A stretch of DNA of 64,000 nt, from positions 12,152,001 through 12,216,000 of the forward strand of contig OZ260667.1 in NCBI GenBank assembly GCA_965285935.1, given 5' to 3'. The DNA is from Ophelia neglecta (taxonomy: Eukaryota). Shown one piece after another: positions 26,901 through 38,860 of the stretch. The notes beneath the pieces were generated by a model, which saw only the letters and a program-made list of their open reading frames with translations, searched no databases and was not told the DNA's origin. Position numbers and translations under genes: made by a program. Each line of letters starts with the position of its first letter. The first letter of the stretch is position 1.

Positions 26901-29900
26901 TTGATCATATAGGTAAGGCCTATTAAATATAATTGTCATCGGAGCAAGAATTAGCGGCTTGGGCTACACTATGTTTGTTTAACCTACCTGGATAGTCTAA
27001 GCCACTCATGAACCCTAGGACCTCAGTGTCAGTGATAAAAACCATCCTTGGATACGCAAAATAGTTAAAAAGATAACAATTGCGATATACACTGACATTT
27101 TGTCCGTTGGCGAAATTAAAATGCTTACACCGGTTGTTCGCATCGCAAGACGCCGGTTTATTACTGAATTATACATGACTACTGAAGTATGGTAATCATA
27201 TTCTTGCAGATTCTAGAATGTAATTATTCTTTTCTTATAAGAGTATAGAGAAATTATTCCTGTACTTTACCAGTGATTTTACCTTTTTCACTATTAAAGG
27301 TTGCTTATAAATGTATGACAAATATCAAGATACCTGTGAATTTGGACCACAGTCAGGGTTCTTAAAATGCTGATCTGATTATAATTAAGGTGCTCTGTTA
27401 AGGCATGTTATCTCACATTGAACGTGTACATTATGGCATAACGTTGGAGCCCTGAATATTGAAAGGTGGTGTTAATATAGAGGTGGTTTTTACTTTACTA
27501 GCTATAGAGAAACGAACGATGCTGGATGATGGTCGTCCGATGACATCAATGCATAATACACAAAGTGGGGAAAGTAAGGGGAGCACGTGTGCTCGGGAAG
27601 GCCAAGAAATGTAGCCGTAGGGGAGGTTTTTGTGAAGGCTGTCCAGCCCCAAGTTCTATCCAATATCTGGAAGCATATGAGGTGTACTTGAGGAGTACCT
27701 ATATACTCCGGGAATACTGTGAACATTTAAGAGCTATTATGATGTTGCTTATTTTTTATGATTTCGTTTAAAGTATCGTGGACACAGTGAGGCCTTCAGG
27801 TTTTATTGGGCACTAAAACCCATTAAATGATCAGCATGTTTGATACTGACTACCGAGAGTTGTCTTACCTGATCATTGAGTTGGGTTCGGTCACCTCGAA
27901 GTCCAGTTGTAGTGAGGATCCTCTTTGTATGGTGACGGTGGTAAAGTTACTCATGTCTACATTGTCCATGAAGTTGTCAATACGATAGCTTTCAGGGATA
28001 GGGCCACCCATACAAATCTAGGAACAGAACTAATTCGTTTTACCCGAATAATCATAATGGATGATTTAAGACCAAGTAACACTCTCCTAACCGTTCGCGA
28101 GTAAAATTCTTATTTCTAACTTCAAACCGCGTTTTGACTTTGAATTATTGCTAGTGTGTAATAAGACACTTAGTTAGGCATCGGAAACATTCAGGACCTT
28201 GGACCTACAGCACGTGTCTCCATCAGGGTCAGTGGCTGTTCCGCCCCAATTCACAGGAAGTTGATCAGCATCTATGTACTGAAGTAAGTGCTGTTTCCAA
28301 TTACCTTAATAAAATTGCGAAAAATCTTCTTAATTAGAAAAGCTGGTTATGTTTTGTTTGCAAATACTGTCACTTAGGGGAATTCAGCTACAATACTTAT
28401 TCAACTATTTCTAAGTTGGGTATCTCTACTATAATATATTATAATAAACAGTATTAAATAACTTTTATTCATTTTATCGAACCTTATAACCTTTAATCAT
28501 TGGATTTAGATATCACAAAATAAATTCTTATAAATCCGGTTAGAGGTGTCAGAAATATTGGTGAACTTACCACCGACCACCTGTATTTTGGAACGAGTGT
28601 ACTCACTAAGGAACGGCTTTGCCAAAGCATAGGCAACCGGGAAGATCTTAGGAGCTATGGGAAGAGTGTTTAAAAGAACAGGAAAATTATAAGGGTAAAG
28701 AGGAAAGTAAGGACAGTAGAGAGAGGGCACACAGGGTAGAGATGTACAGTAGGACATGAATTGGGTCGGGACGCTATGAGAAGTGGATTAGTATTGTGTG
28801 AGTCAAGACCTGAATTAAGACAAGTAATTAAACCTGAATGACGAAATGCATTCCCAATTCCCCCTGAATGACGAAATGCATTCCGAATTCCCCTGATTAA
28901 CAGAAACAAGGAATACTTCTGGAATGCAATAAAGAGAAATTGACGATATAATATGCTGATAAAGAGATAAGTAGGAATGCAGTATTTGGTGAAAGGTGAC
29001 ATAAAAAAAGTGTAAGCTGTACTATACTTTTAACCACCACAATAAACACCCCAGCCTTTACTACTTGCTCTACACTCACTGCCCAATACTTGTATTTTCC
29101 GCCGGGTATCTTCATGCAGAAATGCTTTGGCTAAGTTATATAATACTGGAAATATTTTTGGGGCTGGAAGAAATTTAACAGGCGTATGTGAAAAATAAAT
29201 ATAGAAACATTCATCAATAAAAAAAAAACACGAATGACATACTTTCTCAAAAGCATGAAGGATGAAATATGAAATAAAGTGGCAGCATGAAAAGTTGATA
29301 TACTACTTATCTGAACACATTTTAACAATGATATAGCTATGTGTTTTATATAGACACATGAATTGTAATTAAAAACGTTATTTTCAAAAAAAGAGCTACT
29401 CGAAGCCCTTACTACTATGATCAACATATAGATTGTTATCTGTTTAAATTAGAGCGAATGGCAAAATTAAAACCATTTTAATTATAAATTGCTATCATAC
29501 AAAGTATAGGCAAGCGGTATACCGTTAACGACATAGCAGGTTCTTAACGTCTCGGGGTAGTGAGCTTCAAGTAGTGCTAGTACTTCAGTGAATACTTCAA
29601 CCGCTGGATACAAATTTAAAAATAAAGGAAGAAGGTTTAGGCTTTCGTTAAAACAGCTTAAATCGCCTTTTATGCCCCCTAACTTAACATGTCGCGTATT
29701 AAAATTAAGTAATACTGCTCGCATCACGGCAAATTTGATCAATAAAGCATGTCCGTATATAAATCATCGGCAGTATGGAAAAAGGTTTCTATGCCTAAAA
29801 TGAAGCAAATGAAGAAAAATGTTGACAGATATCAGACCTGGTTTCCAAAGGTGTTTCATGCCTATTCCTTCCATGTCGAATATCATAACACACTGGTCAA

Positions 29901-32900
29901 TTCTACGGCCATTCTACAATCAAATATCATAACACACTGGTCTATTCTAAGGCCATTTTACAATTAAATATCATTACACACTGGTCTATCTTAAGGCCAT
30001 TCTATTTATATATTGTTGGCCTCTTAAAGAATAAGCACTATTTCAAGTGAAACTCGTTTTAAATTGTATGTCGGACTTCTTTTTTAATATTCTGGCAGAA
30101 ATCAGCAGTATATTTAAGGTTTCAAAAAAGACAAAATATGTAATGCTTTTAAGGCATGCTACTCTTACTGAAGGTATGGAGAAGCAAAGTACCTTCTTAG
30201 ATAATTCAGGAAATATATGCCGGAAGAGATGTTCCACCCAGTATGTTTTGTATTTGACAATTTCCTTCTTCGTTGTCGAAAACATCATTCCTGAAGAGAC
30301 AGGAGTGAATGGCTGTTATTGGACATGCTTAGTGCTCCACGTTTGTTTTTACTGGACATCATTATTATAATTAGGGGTGGTATATAATACTAACATTTGT
30401 GGGTTGGGAGTCGCTGGTATCGCTGGGCAAAAGTTGTGGGTTCGCGTCCCAGTCAGGGCACTGACTATATATATATTATTGTTACTGTTATTGTTATTGA
30501 AAATTCTAAGGTATTTGTTGAGTGGGCTGGGATGTGAACCCACAGCCCTTGCGGTAGAACTACCTAGCCCAGAGACTCTAGCCATTGTGCTGTAATGTTT
30601 TAATTCTTATAGATAGCTGTCACCCGTCTCTGAAGTATGACTGATATAGATAGATACTGTATGTCTTGATTGGTTGTATCAAGCGTACAACTCTTTGTTC
30701 TAATGTTCAACTCTTAAGTGATGTTGATATCTCTTTAACTCTATATTCAATCAATCATAACCATATTGTAAAGCTCAACTCTGAAGGGATATGAACCGCA
30801 TAAAAACTGTAAATTCAATAGATGATAACGATCGTGTCGATCATACAACTTAATTTACGACCATTTAATTCCAAATCGAACTTTCATAAGCCTCGTATTG
30901 TATCTGATGAATTGACGGAATTCACACTCCTGTCTCTATTGATAAGGATCAGTTCGATAGATGGAATCGAATGTGTTTGTGCTTTTGATAATAATCGTGT
31001 CGATCAATTGTATTGAAATTATTATGGAACTTGTAGTAAGTTAACAGAATATGCAAGTCCGAATTTCCTGATACTATTCTGTATATTGTGCAATCCCGCA
31101 TTTATGAGTTATAACGGGGCATGATATCGTACAATGCTTACACCTATATGTACGTATCAAGCATATATACCTTATATATGATGACATTGTCCTTACTTCC
31201 CTTTTTAATCATGGGTGCCTTTAGTAGGTCGTTGACAGTCGTCTTGCCACAATCAGCTGTACATGTTTTTCAGATAGGGACAAAAGGAATACTGTTTTAG
31301 TATTTTATGGGTATCAGACTGACCTTTGAGGTCGACAGTGCCCAATGTGTCTAACCAGATAGGGAATCCCTCCTTGTCGACCCCGTGGTACCCTCCAGGG
31401 TAATACTTGACCAGCACCTCAGGGAGGGGCCATTCTAGGATCCTATCAACTCCCATTTGTTTCCTCCACAATGCGTCCTGAAGATACAGTAATTATAATA
31501 AAAAAAGGAATTGCTAAACAAGAATATTATTTATCAAGAGTTGTCCATTAAAGCGTTCCGATATCACCGGGCACAGCCGCAAGCTCACATACACCTATCC
31601 CCAGCTGCTAAACTTTAAAATAAACTTGAAATGCAAATAATAATATTAAAGTATAAATTTTATATTTGCTAAGGGAAGTAGTTAACGGTTTTCCCAGATA
31701 GGAGTCAGAACACAAAACTGATGTCAGTGGTCATCGTGGGACAAAACGACATACATGTAGGCCCAAAGCCAGTCTATAGCGGTATAAGTTCTCAGAATGT
31801 ATTGACTACAGGTTTAATTGTATCAATAAACACAAGACCAATGTGGGGTTAAAGAATTGTTCAACATGAACACTTTAACAGCTTACATCATGAACAATTT
31901 AAAAACTGTTTCCTTCTTCATAGCATTGTTATAGCCACCCAATCAAATACATCTTCCTTATTTTTGGGGACTGGTGTAGGGAGGCCTGCTGCTGGTGGAA
32001 CCTGTTGATTGCTGGCCTATTTAATGGCCTGACTATTCCTGATTTATATTAATGATTGTGCTCGACTGCCGGGCATCCACAGCCGTTTTTTATATATCAG
32101 AGGATGCAGCATTAAAAAGAACGGTATGTTATTTGAATATTCATTTAGATAGTTAGTTATTTGGCTAGGACTGCTTCGACTTCACGACACGACTTTACGA
32201 AAATGTTATCATTTCGGACATAAGAAAGTTGCGCGTTATTAAAATTACAATATAGTGTTGCGTCAGGACAAACTGTCGAGTGAGGTATTATTGGCGAGCA
32301 TGCGGTGGTTTTATCTGTTACCATTGATCATCAACATTAACATTCGTATCAGCCTTGTTAAGCTATGTAGCCACCATTAGATGATTGTACCAATTAATCC
32401 AATTAGCTCACATTCTGAAGGTTTAATTGTTAATTGTTCATTTTGAATCAATTGTATTGTGAACTGGTCCTTTCATGACAGTTACTTAGAGTGACACATT
32501 GTCCCATGAGTATGAGATTGGAAGCTCACTACAACCCCGAGATGGTCAGCCAGGTTGAAGCAGTCGTTATCAGCTAATGCTATTCGCAAAAGACAGTGCG
32601 AGATGACGGATTATCTAGGTGATATCAAAGGTGCTCATTGAGATAACAGGGACATGCATGAACTTGTGAATGATTCGTTCCCTGTACCAATTCACTTGAC
32701 AGATATGGTTTGAACTATGAGTTATAGGAGATTTATATTTAGGGCCTCACGCATTTAAATTAAGAATAACAGTTAACATGCATGACAGTTTTGCGTCGTC
32801 ATTTCTCAAAGAGATAAATATATGACGTTATTTACTATTGTGCAGTACATGACTGAGAGCAGACGAGCTTATAATGTTGCACTGATTCTTAAAATGAAGA

Positions 32901-35900
32901 AGAAACAATGATGCAATCAGGTTAATTAACTTTAATTAAGTTGCTCAACATTCTGGGGATAGCTTATATTATTATATATTTCATAGGAGACACGGGCAAA
33001 GATTTGCTGAAGCTTAGCCACCTGTCATCTGTTATAAAGCCATGTACCCCGACTTATCCCTTATTTTGAAACAGCATGCACACTACCGTTCACCAATTAG
33101 GGCTATGTTCTCTAGGGAAAATACGGTAATCTCCCAAAAGGTGACCGGTATAGTGTGTCTATGCTCACCGACGGGCAATCAGTCGATAATTATATCATGT
33201 ACACCTGCCAATACAGTACTTACCTAGGGGGGGGGGGGGGTCATGGTTGGGCAGTGGTGTGAGAATGAGGCATAAAACCCGGCCCCAGTTAGAAGGGAAC
33301 TAAAACAAATGAGGGAGAGGGGAGCGGATGAGACGGGGTGCGGATGGAAAAGAAGGACGAATTTGGTAGAGAGGGAAGATATGGTAGGCTTAGAATATTA
33401 TAAAGACTAAGTGATGGGAGTTGGGGTAGGATTACTTGCGGGCATTTGCGGTACTGTGGCTGGCAGGGTTGCTCATAGTAGCAAAGGGTCGTGTCAAGAG
33501 GAAGGGGCGGGGGGGGGGGGGGGGTAGGTAGCTTTGGAGTAGACTGAGGGAAGGACACCACGAAGGAGGCAGTCGGCAGTTAGAATGGTAGCTACAATTA
33601 AGAGAGAAGCTTATTTTCTTCTATTAAAGCGTATATTTGGTGTAATATAAAACGCGGCTTCGGGAATATGGCAATTGGAGCCTATACCCTCGGGTCTCAT
33701 AGCTCCCAATAGTCCCCTGAATGGCAGGTATTGTTTTCTTATCGCTCGATTGCTTGACGACCCTGTGGGCACATCAAATCTCCTCCCATTAGGTACTCCT
33801 GCAATTCTTTGAACCTAACGGCGACACAACACTCATTTCCAGCCCAAGTCCCATATAAAATGCCCTACAGACAAACCTAAGACTGAAATTCGTCTCTCAA
33901 AGTAGCATGAATTTCTTTAGTTTAGCATGGTGTAAGTAACGTAAAGCAGTACTACTTACTTCTCGTAACATTTTCTCTGATTTCTTTAAATCCCATGATC
34001 GAGCTGTAAAAAGTAAAAATATAAAGATTCCCACATCCATCATCTTAAAACAAATCAAAAGGGCTACATCCAGTCTCGCTCAATGGATTTCTTTTATGAT
34101 ATATTTATACTAAATTACAAAAATGAGATATTGGCTTTCTGAAAAACTCTTCGGTAAAATTGTTGCCAACGTGACCATTATTTCATTTGGTTAGTATTTT
34201 CATCAATATTTTCTGTCGTCAAAAACATTTATCAAATTAGCGTCTAACACTGCGCGATGTAAAAATCCTAGGGAGGTCATTGACATCGGCTCGTTTTATA
34301 ATTAGACGTTTGTGTAGATGGGTCCTCTGAAATAGGAGAGCATTCAGGCCTCGCGGGATAAGATTTTACTCGCTTCACAACGTCGGGAGCTCAAGAGCAA
34401 ACGTCGATTTTTAAACGTATTTGAATGTATAACGTCGGACAACGCGCTTAAAAAATCCGACCGCGTCCCAGCTGCGTTCGCGTCGAGTATTACCCTGTGA
34501 TATGCACTTAGATATCCCGGGGTGATATAGGCCTAGAGATGTGTGGGACTCTTCAAGATGATGTGTGCCTGGTCTGAGCGATATGAATGTACTTCATATA
34601 TATCTTTATCAGTCGATTCGCATTCGCATTCGCATTATTGTAGTATCATAAGGTGTCTCTATATGTCAGGCCTGTCTGTCTGTTCAATGTGTGTAAGCCC
34701 TGAGCTCAAGTAGATAAGATAATCTAGAAAAAAACCCAAATATGAAACACTAGCCATACAAGATGATCTTGTTGAACTTTGCATGAAGCCAGTAGCTAAG
34801 TCAAAACTAAATCAGTTTTGACGAGCTTATTCAATTCTACATTATTATTAATCATAAAAGGTTTTGTAAATTAAGATTAATTTCCTAGTTGAGTTGCTCA
34901 TACTCATCAGTCAAGGTTCTTTGTCCTGTTAGCGCTAGTTATAAAGGTTAGATGGATAACTTATTTCATCAATGGGCTTACACAAGGATATTATTTTTCA
35001 ATACTTCGGCCTTTACATGTACTCAACAGGCTGACCGGTACTCTGACCATTATTTGATAATTTTGTTGATTTCGTATTGGGATTTATTACAGGCTATGGG
35101 AGTTTTGGGGAGTTTTTGTGGTTAACTGTGGCTAATTGTGAATCATTGTTAGGGTTACATTATATATTATTGTGATTTATATTAAGTTATGTTGAGATAT
35201 TGTTGGTTATTGTGAATTATTGAAGGTTATCGTGATTTATCGTGAGTTATCGTGAATTATTGTGAGTTGTCGTAGTTTAGTGTGAGTTATCGTGGTTAAT
35301 CGTCAGTTTTAGTGCGCTATTGTGAATTAATATGAGTAATCGTGAATTATTGTGAAATATTGTCACCTATTTTATGCTATCGTACATTATTGCGGCTATT
35401 TTAAATTTATTTTACATTATTGTGGTTATTCAATGTTATTGTACATTATTGCAGTTATTTAATGCTAACGTACCTTATTGTACAGATATTGCTTTAATGT
35501 GATTTATAGTTGTATATTGTGCGTAAATTATCACAAGTTATAGTGGTTTTTTGATTCTTTTGTGATTAAATGTGAGTTAATGCAGGTTATTATAGGTTAT
35601 TGTTAGTTGTCGTGGTTTACTGTGAGTTGTCGTAGGTTTTAGTAGTTTATCATGGGTTATTGTGAGTTATCGGGGTTTACTGTGTGTTATCGTATGTTAT
35701 CGTAGGTTATCTATGTTATCGTGGGTTTCGTGAGTTATAACGAGGTTTTTTGTTTGTTTTCGCGAATTATTTTATCTAAGTCTATCGCATGTTATTGTAG
35801 TTTATCGTGATATATCGTGGTTTATCGCAGGTTATCGTGGTTTATCCCAGGTAATCGTGATTTATTTTGGGTTATTGTTGGTTATCATGGTTTATCATGG

Positions 35901-37413
35901 GTTTATGGATCTTAGTGTACATTAGAATGAGCTTTTAGTGTAATAATATGGTTACTTATTTCATATTATTTGAGAGAAGAAGAAAAAATTAATTTACTTA
36001 TAGAATAATATAGGACTTTATCATTTGTCATTATTGATTAAAACCATAATGATCCGAGTACCAGTCATTCTTTGACTATGACTTTGTTAGGCGTGGTCGT
36101 TCAAATGAAACTCCTTGCTTCTACAGAAAAGCCAATGCAACATTGTGACAATCGGTACAAAAATATTGTATGTATACCAAATTATCGCTACACAATTAAG
36201 AGAAATTATAACTTACTTCTCTCCATGTAAAAAAACAAATGTCTTATTGGCACAATTAACCTATGACTATTGACCAAGATATGTGGAAAAATGAGAATTT
36301 AAAAACAACAATTTGGGGAAAAACTAATTTTAATTAAATAATCTAAAATTAATTCGCCTGAAATGTATGTCTGCAGATTTATACACATGGAATTATATTG
36401 GCACACTCAACTCGCTGTGTTACAGTGTAAAACCCCCAATCAAATCCCAAGCTCAGCCATTAGCAGACTAAACTTTATGTTATTCCCGAACTAAACCTAA
36501 AGAGGCCAGCCGGAAATATAGCATACTAACCAATAGACACATTTCATATGTTGAAAATAAACCTTGAAGTGAGGTTGCAGTTAAAGAAACGGTGGTCTCC
36601 AAGAGGTTGGCAGGGCCACTTTCTGCAGTGCGTGAGGATTAAACTTTAAATTTTTTTCATGGACGGGTAGAGGACTTCTCAATCAGTCTCAAGGACCGGC
36701 GCGGAGCTTCTTAGCCCCAGTCCCAAAGACGGGCTTAACCCTTGTCTTAACTATGGACTCGAGGACCGGTGCAGGGCTGCTTTTACGCTTCTATAAAAAA
36801 AGTTAGTGAAAATTTAAAGCGCGGTTTATTTTCACATTGTTTCTTGACCCCCCACCCCCACCCACCCACCCACCCAAACTCCCCTACCATCACCGCCTCT
36901 CCCTCCCACCCCCCACCCCCCACCCCTTACACGCACATGCATGCATTAATTATGTACTAATATATGCCTCAAGTCCACCGAGTCAAGTCACCAGGGAAAC
37001 ATGTGTATAATATACCTCTCAGCCATCTGCAGTAATAGTGGTCTATCCACTCAGGAGTAGCAATGTCACTCACGGCCTCCTTAAACTGAAAGAAACAGGT
37101 TCAGCTTATATAGAACAAGACTTAAAGGATATAAATGTAGACCGAATTCTTCAGCTTATTGTAATTTCCGCACTTCTTTCCTATAATTGATAAATCTAGC
37201 CTAGACCATAAATCATGTTTATAAAACATGCCGAGTATCAGGCTATCTGTACCTATGAAGTAGCTGGTTATCTTATACAGGACCCGCTGTATGATTGGAC
37301 ATGAATAGTCCAAATAACAAACATGTTAGTCATTCTATCAATCTATTGAACATTTTACAATTTACCTTGGCGAGAGCTTCTGTCTGTTTTGGGTTGAGGT
37401 TTTCCTCGGACAT
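23941..37413 (-). CDS. SEC14L2: SEC14-like protein 2 family (CRAL-TRIO_N + CRAL-TRIO/Sec14 + GOLD), complete, 12 exons, 398 aa; paralog A
   Basis: Exons, all GT-AG and phase-consistent: 37413-37366 [16 protein letters not shown]; 37085-37016 FKEAV...YCRWLR; 34003-33960 [15 protein letters not shown]; 31477-31324 ...[26 protein letters not shown]; 30290-30193; 29913-29838 ...[15 protein letters not shown]; 29603-29523 ...[13 protein letters not shown]; 28654-28571 [22 protein letters not shown]; 28304-28198 [16 protein letters not shown]; 28017-27869; 25784-25618 [14 protein letters not shown]; 24059-23941 [11 protein letters not shown]...*. Total 1197 nt. The symbol denotes the family, not proven orthology. 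Confidence 0.95.
24399..24524. repeat. 42-bp tandem repeat, 3 copies (SEC14L intron 11)
   Basis: Unit cataggcggtccttacaaacgaggttgttagtaaagtaaggt. Confidence 0.9.
28833..28896. repeat. 30-bp tandem duplication between exons 8a and 8b
   Basis: cctgaatgacgaaatgcattcc(c/g)aattccc occurs twice. Confidence 0.85.
29080..29163 (-). CDS. duplicated alternative exon 8a of SEC14L paralog A (probably mutually exclusive with exon 8b at 28571-28654)
   Basis: tttcttccag|...84 nt...|gtgagt, phase 1-1, encoding (A)[27 protein letters not shown](S); same length and phase as 8b. Confidence 0.85.
29883..30004. repeat. 44-bp repeat (~3 copies) comprising the exon 6 acceptor and exon start, paralog A
   Basis: tcataacacactggtc(a/t)attcta(c/a)ggccatt(c/t)tacaat(c/t)aaata units. 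Confidence 0.85.
30405..30593. mobile_element. two converging tRNA-derived SINE-head relics
   Basis: Plus strand: B-box-like gtgggttcgcgtcccag (~30437-30451). Minus strand: A-box-like agcacaatggctagag and B-box-like gtgggttcacatcccag (30527-30591). No full cloverleaf. Confidence 0.45.
35095..35910. repeat. degenerate ~10-bp satellite (ttat(c/t)gtg(a/g)g)
   Basis: Periodic ttatcgtgag/ttattgtgaa motifs across ~800 bp of SEC14L intron 2. Confidence 0.8.
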
Positions 37414-37871
37414 GATTCTTGGTGTGGTATTCCTTTGATTAACAAGAAGCTCGGTTCTCGGCTAGACACAGACAGGGGTTACTGTCAGGTGACAAGACAT
37501 GGGTCTTACGAATATCTACGGGAGAATCCAAATAATATCCGAAATATCAATGGAAGGTAGAACAGCTATCCTATCAAAACGTTTATTCCCTGCTGTTAAA
37601 GGTCAAGTCATAGTCAATTCTTTATTATAATAATGCAATTGGTTTATCACAGTTCAGTAACACGTTTATTCATATTGTATGTAAATAATGCATGTAAAAA
37701 AGTTCCACGTAATAAGTTGGTTAAGTACATTATATTTTACAACTTGGGCCCCTGTTATAGTTATTAGACTAGGTCATGTCACCTTTGGTAGTAGGTTCGT
37801 AGTACATAGATAACATCTCCTATCTTATACCCGACCCTATCCTCATACATGTAAGGAAGTTCAGATATTTG

Positions 37872-38860
37872 TTCTAGGGGCCATGGAGAGTTGAATGGTG
37901 GCCTTAAATTTAGGGTGGATCGCGTAGTTTGGCCATTACCTTATTCGATTTTGATTTTCAATGGGCGAAATGGGCCCAAAAATCGCCGAATTTTGTAATT
38001 TTTAGGTCAGAAATTCGTTTTAGAGGTCAAGGAGAGTTGAATGGTGGCCTTAGATTTTGGGTGGATCGCGTAGTTTGGCCATTTCCTTATTCGATTTTGA
38101 TTTTCAATGGGCGGAAATGGGCCAAAAATCGCCCAATTTCAAGTTTTTGGGCCGGAAATGTACTTTGGAGGTGAAACATGTTTGATTCAGGTACTTTAAT
38201 AGTGATTTTTTAATCGTTTTTCGAATAAGGAACTGGGGATTCGAACTAGGAACTGGCCATTTCCTATTTCCTAGTTCCTAGTTCGACTTTGTGTTTTCAA
38301 TGTGCAAATAATGGTGAAAATCGCGTTGCCTTTGTGTCTAATGACCTGGTAGGTATACCAAGAAAGATAAGTCATCATTAGAAGCTACTGGAAGATGCAT
38401 GGAATTCTTAAAATGGATATTTACTTACTCTCGGCGATTAATGAATCGGTTAAGTGCCATTTCCTAATTCATGGTGGGCAAGAAAATTTTACCACGGGTA
38501 CTTGTGTTTTATAGGCGTTTCACGCTCCCAGGATCATTTCATGGCCAATTTTGCATGTTTTTTCCCGCAAATTGTATACCCCCTACGACATCTTGGCCTT
38601 CCCGGCGGCGCCCGGTAGGCCAACTCGGCTGGCGGCCTCTTTCCCCTCAACTTTCAATGGGCGAAAAAGGGCCAAAAACCGCCGGATTTTGATTCTTTTT
38701 GGGCAGCAATTATCACTAGGGGTCATAAAGAGTGATATTGTGTGCTTAGATCTAGGTTGGTAGGTTTATTTCGAATAAGGAACTAGGAACTGGAATTAGG
38801 AAATGGCTTGAGTTTCATTTCCTAATTCGAACTAGGAACTAGGAACTATAGGAACTAGTA
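37872..38860. repeat. complex nested repeat (146-bp duplication plus ~550-bp period) just upstream of SEC14L paralog A
   Basis: ggagagttgaatggtggcctta at 37885 and 38031; tttcaatgggcg..aaa..gggccaaaaa at ~38102 and ~38652; ttcgaataaggaact at ~38220 and ~38770; (ggaacta)n runs. Confidence 0.75.

Noticed and set aside
27502-27666. Possible alternative terminal exon in SEC14L intron 10
   Set aside because: It has a phase-compatible AG but no homology to GOLD exons and no counterpart in paralog B.
30405-30593. tRNA genes
   Set aside because: Only A/B-box-like fragments are present; no complete cloverleaf.
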